This document shows, one piece after another, positions 54,580 through 64,000 of a DNA stretch of 64,000 nucleotides; position 1 is the first letter of the stretch; each line of letters opens with the position of its first letter. The position numbers and the translations under genes were made by a program. The stretch is from the IMG/VR virus record IMGVR_UViG_3300009499_000096. The stretch is one strand, 5' to 3'. Source of the DNA: an uncultured virus (IMG/VR IMGVR_UViG_3300009499_000096). Its lineage: Duplodnaviria; Heunggongvirae; Uroviricota; Caudoviricetes. The notes under the pieces were generated by a model, which had not been told where the DNA came from, ran no database searches, and saw nothing but the letters and a program-made list of their open reading frames with translations.

Positions 54580-57500
54580 ATGGGCAAAACAACTCATTAT
54601 GGGAAACCAAAAACATATCCATTCTTCTTTAGAGCTGAGAGAGGCAAAGGAGACACATTCATCAGTGGAACCTTCAAGACAAAGAAAGCTTGTAGGGCTG
54701 CTTCTAAAACCTATCCAAGTGCAAAATCCAACTCAAACTATCGAATCAGAATCATAGATAGGAGAAAATAACCATGGGTAAGCAACCAAAACCAAGAAGC
54801 AAAAAATCATGGACTTTTGTGCATACAAACCAAGAAACCAGAGAGACCTACCGTTTTAGGAAGATGGCTAATGGAACTATCAAGACAGAGAAATTTCTAG
54901 GCTGGAGAACTCCAAAGGGGAAAATCATTCCACCAAGGGGAAAATGACCATGGGGAAAAAAACATCAATAGGTAAAAGAACAATCCATGCTCTTATCTAT
55001 GGAACAAACAAAACTAAGACATTCAAAAGTAAGGTCATTCGTGAACAAACTTTGGCAAAAGGGTATCCTGTCTACCACTTCACTACCCCTAGTGGTGAGC
55101 ATAGAAATACCTCAAGAAAGGGCATCTATGGTGGTGTAGTTCTTACCAAATCAGAAGCAAGAACGAAAAGAAAGAGGAGAAAATAACAATGGTTCAAAGA
55201 AGTTATAAACCAACAAAGGTGGATGGTAGAAAAGTAGTATTTGTTGTTCGTGATGGAAGAATATGGGCAAGAGTTCCTTCACTTTCAAAAAAGCAGTTCT
55301 TAGGAATGGGCTCTACCAAGACTGAAACGATTGCAGATGTCAGAAAAGCCATGAAACACATCAAAGTTACTGCAAAGGGAAAAAGAAGGAGACGATAGAA
55401 ATGGGTAAGTTTAGACCTTCTGGAGCAACTTTACATAAAACCAAAATTAGAGCCCAGAAAGAAGCTAAGGCTCTAAGGAAGATAGGCTGGAGAGCAGAAG
55501 TTCAGCCTTCCACTAAGACAACACAGAAAAGAAGTCCAACTCTAAAATGGGTTTGCCACATAGGGCAAAAAAAGAAAAGGTGATTTTCTTGAGTAAACAA
55601 TCTCCAGTTTATGATAAGAAACCATCTAGGAAACTTTTGGAGTCGGCTGCATCCACTCACAAAACATTGTTCCATGCTGTTGTGGAAGGCATGATTGAGA
55701 GGGAAGAGAAGAAGAGGAAGAAAAGGAGATTCTGGTAAAAATGCCTTGTAGAACTAAGAGAAAAAAGAAGAATCTACTCCAAAAACATCTCTCAGAGAAA
55801 GTAATGTTTGGTGGAATTTTGGTTACTAGAGGAAAAATGGTTGCTGAGTTGCAGAGGATAGCTAAGATACAATTTCCCAAGGATACACTTAGACAAACTA
55901 GGGTAGTTAATATTTACCTTGCTGGGAAAGGGAGACGATAATCATGGGCAAGAAAATGAAATTAAGTCCAATTCAGCGAAAAGTGCTCACTAAAATCAAG
56001 AAGAGACAAATCAAGAACATAGAGAGACCAATAAGGATTGGTGGAAAACAAGCTCTCTCTCCCAAAGGCAAACCATTGAAGGCATCATTCCTGAATATCC
56101 CTAACAAGGAAGCTACTACATTCAGAACCTTGGAGAAGAAAGGGTTGATCTCAGCCTTTGGAAAAACTGAATACTACACAAATTTCAGACTCACTCAGAA
56201 AGGGAAAGCACAATTCAACATGAGGAAATAACCTTGCCTAAAAAACTCACTATATTTGAAAAACATCAATTGGCGATAGCTAAGAGGACATTGAAGATGC
56301 CTAATGTAATGGCTGCTGTGATGGGTGGCATGACTAAGGCTGAAGCCAAGCGTATTGTTAATAGGCTTGGTTCTAAAAGGAGAGGAAAATAACCATGGGT
56401 AAGAAAATGAAGTTTGTCTTGATCAGGAGAACCAAGATAGGACAAACGACTCAGCGATTTACCACTAAGAAGAGAGCCAGTGACATAGCTCTGAAGTGGA
56501 TTCGATACAGAGAAGGTATTGAAGGTGGAGTTCTCAGCATGACTTCCACAGCTCAGGTGTTGCCTATCGGGGAGTTTAACCGACAGCAAAAAGCTCTCCT
56601 TGAGAGAGATAGACGCATTGATGAGAGTAGAAGGCTGAGAATGAAGGCTGCAAGAACTGGCAAAGTGCAAGTTGGCAAAGGACTTGGTAATCTCCTCAAA
56701 GAGAAGAAGATGGCTTGTGGTTGCCCATCAGGAAAACACAAACCTTGGTGTCCATTCCACAAACCAAGCAAAGCTGAAAGAGAGAGAGTTCGTAAAGCAG
56801 AACAACATTGGGAAAGGAGTTTGGGAATACGATGAAGAAAAAGAGAGCTCCTAGAAAGAAGTGGCTTTCTCCCTCTATGAACCCAAGAAAACTGTTTGAT
56901 GTAGAACTCTTGGATACTAGACCATCACCAAGTAGAACAATCTTGAAAGTTACCAGAAGTGGAACACATCAGATGCAAGCAGTTAGAAAAGCTGCTAAAA
57001 TTCTTCCACCTTCTATCAACTTACAGGAATGGAGAGATCCAAGGGAGAAGAAGTATTCAAGATATGTCTTTTTGACAGGAGAATTGAAGTAAGATGCCAA
57101 GGGCTGTTAGTAGAAAAACGAAAAAACCTCTTCTAGCTAAACGGAAGTCTCATGCACATGATTTGCTGCTTGAAATGAAAGAAGCTAATGAAAGAAGTGT
57201 CAAAAAAGGTGTTGCTACGAAACTCTCATACAGAGTAGTTAAGCTCCAAAAAGGTTATGGAATTTACTACAAGAAAACTGGAAGATGGAGATAATCAAAA
57301 TGAAATTGAAAAACCACAAGAGGGCTCAGAAACTTGTTGGAACAACCATTGAGTTTGTTCCATGGTATCAGACGTTCAGAAAAGACACTACAATGACTGG
57401 AAAATTAATGAGAATCAGAGGAGCTATGGGTAGTAAAAGAGGGAGACCAGCAAAATCAGCAGACAAGATGATGGTCATTAAACCTACTGGGAAAACTAAG

Positions 57501-60500
57501 AAATGGCTCAAGGATATTGGGCTCATGAAACCAAAGCAGAAAACTATTGTTCGGCTTCTTACTGGGCATAAAGTCAGAAGCCAAACCAAACTGAAGAGGG
57601 GAAAATAACCATGAAGGGAAATCATAAGAAAATAGCCAGTGAACGTGAAACTATCCGAAAAGGTATAAGCCAACTGCTCAAGGAGATTGGGATGTCTAGT
57701 GCCAGCAAAACAGTGTTACAGGTCAAGAAACCAGAGGATTTGAGCACGTTCATCCGAACTGCTCAGGGAAGATTCAAGCAGATGGGAGCTGGAGCTCCAC
57801 CTAAGATTCAGAAATCTGTATCAACTGCTGTTCAGATGCTGGCTCAGTTGGAGAAGAAATACAAAAAACCCTTGAAGTATGAGCTTACAAAAATCTGGTG
57901 ATTGACATGGCTAAGAAGAAAGACAAGAAGAAAGAGAAGAAGAAGAAAAAGGACAAGGGGAAAGATAAGAAGAAATCCTTGGTCTCAGTAGAAAAAACTA
58001 CTGATTCTGGAAAATTGAAAAAGAGCAAGAAGAAAGGAAAGAAAAAAGGCAAGAAAAAAGGCAAGAAGAAATCTGGGCTCTCAGTAGCTGAAGCTATTGG
58101 TTTGGGAGAATTTAAACTGAAACCTCCAAGTGAAGTATTGTTTGAAGAGGTATGACAGATGGCTAAGAAGAAACTGAGTGAAATGAGTTACAGTGAGATA
58201 CTTCAGAGAAACATAGATCGTCATAATCGGAAGAGAGCTAAAAGCTTGGCTATGTTCCAAGCTGAACAGAAGAGGCAAGGAAAGAAAGCTAATGAGCCCA
58301 TAGACTTGATGAAAATGGTAATGGGTAGGTGATTGTGAATGGGAACACGTATTAGAAAGCATGGAGAAAAATCTTGGGAAGTTTATGGAACTGGATTTCC
58401 AGTGTTTATAGCACAATCAAAGAAAAAAGCTGATTCTGTCGCTAAAAGACGAAGGACAATTCTCAAAAATCGTAGAAAGAAGAGGAGACGATAGAAGATG
58501 AGTGCTGAACAGATTGGTGGAGTTGCTATGATGGGGATGGCTTTAGCTTCTCAAGCATTTGTGGTGGATATGGCAAGTAGTCTCATCACAGGGCAAACTA
58601 GGCTTACAACATTCAGCAGAAGGAGACCTAAAAGCAAGATTGCCAGAACTAAAGCTGGAAAACCATACTTCAGAATCATAGCTTATGAGAGTAGCCGACA
58701 TGGATTAATAATTCCTAAAAGAAGAATTGCAAGGCTCCCAAAAACAGCTATCTCAGCTATGGGAACCTTCTTTGATCCCGACACACATCATACAATCGTG
58801 GAAAGGGCTGCTAGACTTCAAAAGGGTAAGAAGAGAAAGAGCCAAATCAAATCAGCCAGAGTTACCCTACCAGCAAGCACAGTTAGTAAAATGATATTTG
58901 GATAGGATGAAAAATGACAAGATACTACACAATCAGAGACAGATACACTAGCAAGGACTTGGTTCTCACCAAAGCTGAGGCTATGAGAGCTCATGAGAGA
59001 GCTAAAGCAATGAAGAAGAAAGTGGTTAAGAACTTGGAGAAAATAACATTCTCTAAAGTGAAGGGAGTCAGTGAAAGGTCTCTGTTTGAGCTGCAAGGAG
59101 TGTTACGTTATCAAAAAGGACTCAAGAAGGGGAGAAGCTGACCATGGGCTACGTGCTATATGTTCATAACAAGTTTGGCTCAGGTAAACGCAAAGGAAAA
59201 CCGAAAGGATATGGACAATGGCATCCATCAAAAGCCTCTGCTGAACGACATAGAAAGAATCAGAGAGATACCTACAAAGATAATCCCAAGGATTTGATGG
59301 GAACCAGAATCGTGAAAGTTAAAGCTAATCATTCAAGGTTATCCTCAAAACAAATCAGAAAAAAATCTTTGGAAAGTGAATGAAAATGGGTAAGAAACTT
59401 AAAGCTTTGAAACGTAAAATCAAAACTCTCAAGAAAGACGTGGAGAAGGACTATCGGAAAACGAAAAAGGAGCTCCAGAAGCAGAAGAAGAAGGCTGAGA
59501 AGAGATATGCTGGTGTCGGGAAGAAAGTTGCAAAGGTTCAGAAAACTGCTCAAGCATGGTCTCTTAAGGTTCCTACTACTGCTGAACTTATTGGATTGGA
59601 TGAACTCACGAAAAAGAAGAAGAGGAGACGACACTAGAAATGTCTAAGAAATATGGCTACTTAGTAAGAGGAAAGAAGGTGAAACAGGGAAAATTCTGCA
59701 AGACTTTAGGTGAGGCTGGTAGAGAATTAGTTAGACAGTTACGTGCTGGTGTGGAAAATGTTAAGGTTTCACCAATTAAAAATAAGAAAATGGCTGACCA
59801 GTATTCAAAGAAAATCATTAGAAAGAGGAAGGGGAAATAACCATGGTTAGAACTTTGAAGGAAACAAAATCAAGTTATGAAAGACCAAAAGGCTGGGGAA
59901 TGTTCCATACACATTACGGAAAGAAAACTCTTGCTGAACGTCATGCTAAAAGACTTGAGAGAACTGACCTCTTGACCACAGCTATAGTTAAAACTCCTAA
60001 AGGCTGGAATGTTCTTCATAAATCCAATAAGAGAAGTCTGGAATTGGTCAGAAAACAAGTCGCAAAGAGGGGATAAATCATGCCAAAGAGACATTCAGGT
60101 TTTCTTTCAGTAGGTGTAGAGATAGATAAGAGTATCAAAAATCTTAGAAAGACTCTCAGGAAAGAAGGCATCCCTATTGTAGCCATTAAAAGAGCATCGC
60201 CACATCCACTTTTTGACTTGGATTTACCAAAGGGTTCTCATAGATACCTTGTCTCTGTTCCAGCAGCATATCTATATGGTCAAAGAGCTGAGTCTCTATC
60301 TGGTCTGAGGAAAAAAAAAGGGGAAATAATCATGCCTAAGAAAAGAAAGAAGAAAGTAGAGGAAGAGGAAAAACAATCAAGAGTTAGCCGATTACTAGGC
60401 TTGCCTCTGAAAGCCATGATGAAGCTTGGAGACTGGGAGAGAAAACAGATTGACAAAATCAAAGCTAACAGGATACAAGATGATGCTTTGAAAGCTGAGT

Positions 60501-61038
60501 TGAAGGTGATTGAGGATGCAGCTTACAAGGAAGAATCCAAGAAACTGGCAAAGCAGAGGGGAAAGAAGAAAGCCCATCAAAAGGGGAAGGGAACTGGGTT
60601 CTTTGGCGGTGTTAATCTGAAGATGCCAAACCTCATGGAAGGTATTGATGATCCTTTCAAAACTGATGGAGTGGACAATATGCTGGACACCACAGATAGA
60701 AATGCTGACGAATGGCAAGGTAAAAGGAGACGTGAGAAGAATTGACACCAAAGAAGCCGACAACAAAACGTAAACCCTACAGGACAACTAGACGAATCAA
60801 AACTAAGAAGAAAACCACTACTGAAGATGGTAAGAGGGAGTATCAGAGGAAATTGATGAGGGAAAGACGCAAGGAGCAGAAAGCCCTAATCAACTTTAGA
60901 CCACCATCTCAAACAGTGTTCGGTCACTCTTTTGCCACTGAAGTTACAGGATTTCACCATCCTAGAGACAGCATCATCGCTGATATGATGGGCTTACAGG
61001 GCTTCAATGAGAAGAAGAAGAGGGTTAGCAAGAAATGA
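54580..61038 (+). other. Array of about 25 small Lys/Arg-rich ORFs
   Basis: ORF-track genes plus hand-translated 54774-54947, 56234-56392, 58159-58332, 58339-58494; stereotyped stop-NN-start junctions. Confidence 0.85.
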
Positions 61039-61123
61039 GCAAGGAAATGAACCTAGGTAACAAGAGGGAACAAGCTTCCATCCACAAGATAGACCTATCT
61101 CATGATCTTTTGGCTCAGATTAG

Positions 61124-62134
61124 ATGGACTGTGAGAGCCCAGAAGGAAGCTTTGAAGAGCAAGGAAGTGTTGAAGGAAAAATGAGCAAACTTCACGTAAA
61201 GAAACTGAGAATTAGAATCAAGAAGTTCGATGCAAGTAAGAAAGTTAAAGCTATGTCACGACAGCAAAGAGCTGTAGCTAGGAAAAAAATGATCACTGAA
61301 TCCATGGCTTTTCAGATGTGGTGGAACGCACGATCAACCCTTAGACCAATCCCATCCGATCCCTACAGAGCCTTCATGATAGACATAGCTCTGTATGCTA
61401 AACCTCATCACCAAGAAGTGTGGAAGCATAGAACAAACCGATTGGATTATCCACCTGTTGATTTCCCGAAAGGATTTCCCCGAAAAAGAAGGAGACTTCC
61501 ACCAAGGAAAGATATTAAGAGATTCAAGAAGATCCCGAAAGCAGCCCAGAAAAGAAAACTCACTCCAGCAGAAAAATCTGTTGTGCAAGAAGTGGAGCAG
61601 TTCAACCTCAAATACCATCTTCCTGAAACAAGAGTAGTGTTCCAAGAAAAAGTGAGTGGTGGAGCCCAATATGTTCATAGTGTTTTTGGTGGTATTCCAG
61701 CTATGATTCTTTTGCCATCTCCTCTGATAGCTGGTATGGAAAAAGGCAAAGGATGGAAACAGCAAGCTGAAGGAACAATATTCCATGAACTAGGACACCA
61801 TGCTCACGTAGCCTATGGATACAGTATTCCAACAACAAGTCCTTTGAGTAAAGCCATTCCGAAAGCATACTACTCTGTCAGCCGAAAGGAGAAAGAGAAA
61901 ATAGCTTGGGGAGTTGCAAGGAGACACATTGAACGTGAGAAAGAAACTGGCTGGACACCTGTAATGGGCTGGTCAAAGAAAACTTTTCTAGGAACTTATC
62001 TTGGAACCACACCATTTATGCAAGTTGTTCCTGAAGATTACCAAGTTCCTAAAATGCCTCAGATTCCTAAGAGATACAGGGTTCCTAGTCAGAAGAAGAA
62101 AACTGGAAAGAAAGGTTCCTTGTTATGGACATAG
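61124..62134 (+). CDS. Basic protein with a zincin HExxH motif (putative metalloprotease)
   Basis: GTIFHELGHHAH followed by a downstream E..AW; true start possibly 61181. Confidence 0.6.
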   Translation: MDCESPEGSFEEQGSVEGKMSKLHVKKLRIRIKKFDASKKVKAMSRQQRAVARKKMITESMAFQMWWNARSTLRPIPSDPYRAFMIDIALYAKPHHQEVWKHRTNRLDYPPVDFPKGFPRKRRRLPPRKDIKRFKKIPKAAQKRKLTPAEKSVVQEVEQFNLKYHLPETRVVFQEKVSGGAQYVHSVFGGIPAMILLPSPLIAGMEKGKGWKQQAEGTIFHELGHHAHVAYGYSIPTTSPLSKAIPKAYYSVSRKEKEKIAWGVARRHIEREKETGWTPVMGWSKKTFLGTYLGTTPFMQVVPEDYQVPKMPQIPKRYRVPSQKKKTGKKGSLLWT

Positions 62135-62178
62135 GCTTAAGGGAGCATCAGTATTAGATTAAATATGAGTTGAATCCA

Positions 62179-64000
62179 ATGCCAATGAAAGTAATTGCAG
62201 CAAAGAAAGAGATTACTACATCTGGCTTGACTCCCGAACAACAGGAAGCTTTCAATCCAGTAGCTGAAGAGTTCTGGACTCAAGTTGATGTGGAAGCTGC
62301 AAAGTCTCAAGAAGAGTTTGAAGCTCAGTTAGCTGGAGCTAAGAAAGAGGCATTGGCAACTTGGCAAGCAGAACTTCAAGGACAAGTTAGTAAGTCAGAG
62401 TTTGAAGCTGAAATCGCCAAGATGGAGCAAGAGCAGAGAGCTAAGTTTACAGGTGAAGTAGGAACCAAGGAATCTGAAGCTAGAGCAAAGTTTGAAGCTG
62501 AACTGGCTGAGAAACGATCAGAGTTTCTGAGTGGACTTGAAACAGCTAAGAGAGCTGGTAAAAGACAGTGGCTTGCAACTTATAGACGACATTGGACACC
62601 AAGAGAAATGCGTTCTTGGGTAGTGGAGCAGAAAACTGGTTTTGAATCTGCTGTAGCTGGAGAACGTGAAGCCTTTGAATCACATCTAGGTGAATGGAAA
62701 GGTCTTGAATCACAAGCCTTTGAAAAGGGCTTAACTTCATGGAAGGAAGAACAGCTTGGAACATGGACTACACAAGCAGAACTATTGGCTGAAGGGCAAG
62801 AGCAGAGAATGAAGCTGGAAATGGCTTCATGGGAGTTTGCTGAAAGAGAGAAATGGACTAGCAAAATGCTTTCTTATCGTGAACAGCAAGCTAAGGTTCT
62901 TGAAGGATACAAGCTAGGTGAGTTCAAGGAAACAGCAAAGCCTCAGCCGACTAGCCTCAGCCAGCAAATCCTAGCATGGACACCACCTGACCTACCAGAG
63001 TGGAAAATAGAATTTCCCTTCTCAATCCCAGTGAAAGGTGGAGCTGTCCAGATAGGGTTTGATGTTGGAAAGTTCTTTGAAGGCTTGGCTAAAGGTGGAG
63101 CTGAAGCTGGAGCTGGAGTGATTGCTAGTGGAGAATCATTAGTGTATGGTGTAGGTGGATTGCTTGGTTTGCAAACACCAGCTCCACCACCTACTCTAAC
63201 TGCTTCCCTACTACGATCAGGTGTGAAAGGGTTAGGTGAAGCAACTGGACAGTGGAAAACAAGTTGGGAGTATGATGTTGGAGACATATTCATGGAACAG
63301 GGAGCTCCTTATGCTCTTGGAACATTGCTTGGAGACGTGTTGATGTTCTGGGCTGGAACCAAAGTGGAGAAAGCTGTAACAACAAGAGTAATCCCCAAGG
63401 TGAAGCAAGTTGTGTCACCTGTAACTCAGAAAGTCAGCCAAGCTTGGAGACTGTCAAAAACTGGTATAGCCTTGGAGAAGTCAAAGATCGCATTAAGAAC
63501 AGCTATGCCACATTGGAAAGGAAGCAGACTGGAAAGCTGGATTATTCAAAGGGGAATTAAACCATCCACTGAAACATTGGCTATTCACCAGCAACTAGGT
63601 AAATATTCAGCAAGGACATCTATTGGAGTTCCCAAATACACTGGTTACGCTGCTAAAGCAACCAGACAGATGGCTCCATCAGTCATAGATATTCCTGAAC
63701 TGGCTAGAGCTCATGCACTTGCTCAGAGAGGAGTTGTTACAGGAGCACAACTTCAAGCAGAAGCTGGAGCATGGGAAATGACCTTGTTCCCAAGAGCCAC
63801 TGGTCAATTAATAACTAAAGGTGTAGCTCCAAGTGTGCTTGGAACAGCAGCCGAAATTGGACTAACAGAGTTTGCTAAGGGAGCTGTTGTTGGTGGATTG
63901 AAAATGACAGATCTCTCAAAGAGGATAACTTCTTGGAAGGTAAGAGCCTTAGCTAAACCACCAAAAGGATTCCTTGAGCCAGTGGTAGGTGGAAAACAAG
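62179..64000 (+). CDS. 3'-truncated large coiled-coil protein (>600 aa)
   Basis: Frame 1 open from ATG 62179 to the window end (hand-translated); E/A/K-rich helical repeats then a Gly-rich hydrophobic region; missing from the ORF track because it has no stop. Confidence 0.8.
   Translation, partial: MPMKVIAAKKEITTSGLTPEQQEAFNPVAEEFWTQVDVEAAKSQEEFEAQLAGAKKEALATWQAELQGQVSKSEFEAEIAKMEQEQRAKFTGEVGTKESEARAKFEAELAEKRSEFLSGLETAKRAGKRQWLATYRRHWTPREMRSWVVEQKTGFESAVAGEREAFESHLGEWKGLESQAFEKGLTSWKEEQLGTWTTQAELLAEGQEQRMKLEMASWEFAEREKWTSKMLSYREQQAKVLEGYKLGEFKETAKPQPTSLSQQILAWTPPDLPEWKIEFPFSIPVKGGAVQIGFDVGKFFEGLAKGGAEAGAGVIASGESLVYGVGGLLGLQTPAPPPTLTASLLRSGVKGLGEATGQWKTSWEYDVGDIFMEQGAPYALGTLLGDVLMFWAGTKVEKAVTTRVIPKVKQVVSPVTQKVSQAWRLSKTGIALEKSKIALRTAMPHWKGSRLESWIIQRGIKPSTETLAIHQQLGKYSARTSIGVPKYTGYAAKATRQMAPSVIDIPELARAHALAQRGVVTGAQLQAEAGAWEMTLFPRATGQLITKGVAPSVLGTAAEIGLTEFAKGAVVGGLKMTDLSKRITSWKVRALAKPPKGFLEPVVGGKQ

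Larger units (their letters stand above)
1..64000. mobile_element. Archaeal virus or provirus genome segment, probably a large non-tailed (spindle-shaped-like) virus
   Basis: Very high density of short overlapping ORFs on one strand, many Zn-finger microproteins, tyrosine recombinase, SF2 helicase, P-loop ATPase, capsid-like hydrophobic protein; no housekeeping genes; archaeal promoter and RBS signals. Confidence 0.85.

Noticed and set aside
57907..58075. AAG-rich tract as a DNA repeat element
   Set aside because: Explained by poly-Lys coding sequence
16913..59642. Junction repeats as a CRISPR array or classical attC sites
   Set aside because: Spacing is irregular and gene-sized, the repeats are short and non-palindromic, and no cas genes or attC-type inverted boxes were seen
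54580..61038. Ribosomal protein operon or archaeal histones
   Set aside because: Basic composition only; no recognisable ribosomal protein or histone-fold signatures
16727..63293. Most minus-strand ORFs in the track (e.g. 28348-28749, 44335-44855, 53076-53525, 60395-60787, 62943-63293)
   Set aside because: Antisense shadows of better-supported + strand genes, with no motifs

Overview
The whole 64 kb window reads as part of one archaeal virus or provirus genome, with no housekeeping genes, tRNA, rRNA or CRISPR array. It is densely packed, almost entirely + strand, and shows TATA-like boxes, GGTGA/GGAG ribosome-binding motifs and many TTG/GTG starts. Modules in order: (1-4.3 kb) the 3' end of a hydrophobic protein resembling a spindle-shaped-virus major capsid protein, an 801-aa PKD-domain surface protein and membrane proteins; (5.3-7.9 kb) regulators, a degenerate 12-13-bp repeat tract and two structured-RNA candidates; (7.9-16.3 kb) a glycan-modification operon; (16.4-51.7 kb) about 100 short coupled ORFs including Zn-fingers, TOPRIM, DUF5131, PAPS-reductase-like, XPB-like helicase, MT-A70 and a GtrABC-like set; (51.7-53.5 kb) a tyrosine recombinase and a P-loop ATPase; (54.6-61 kb) an array of about 25 small Lys/Arg-rich ORFs with stereotyped junctions; then a HExxH protein and a long coiled-coil ORF running off the end. 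No terminase, portal, HK97 capsid or DNA polymerase was recognised. A Bathyarchaeia-like host is inferred from recalled protein families only. The most novel signals are the basic-microprotein array and the recurring gene-junction motif AGGAGACGACA. All family calls come from motif recognition by eye, not database searches.
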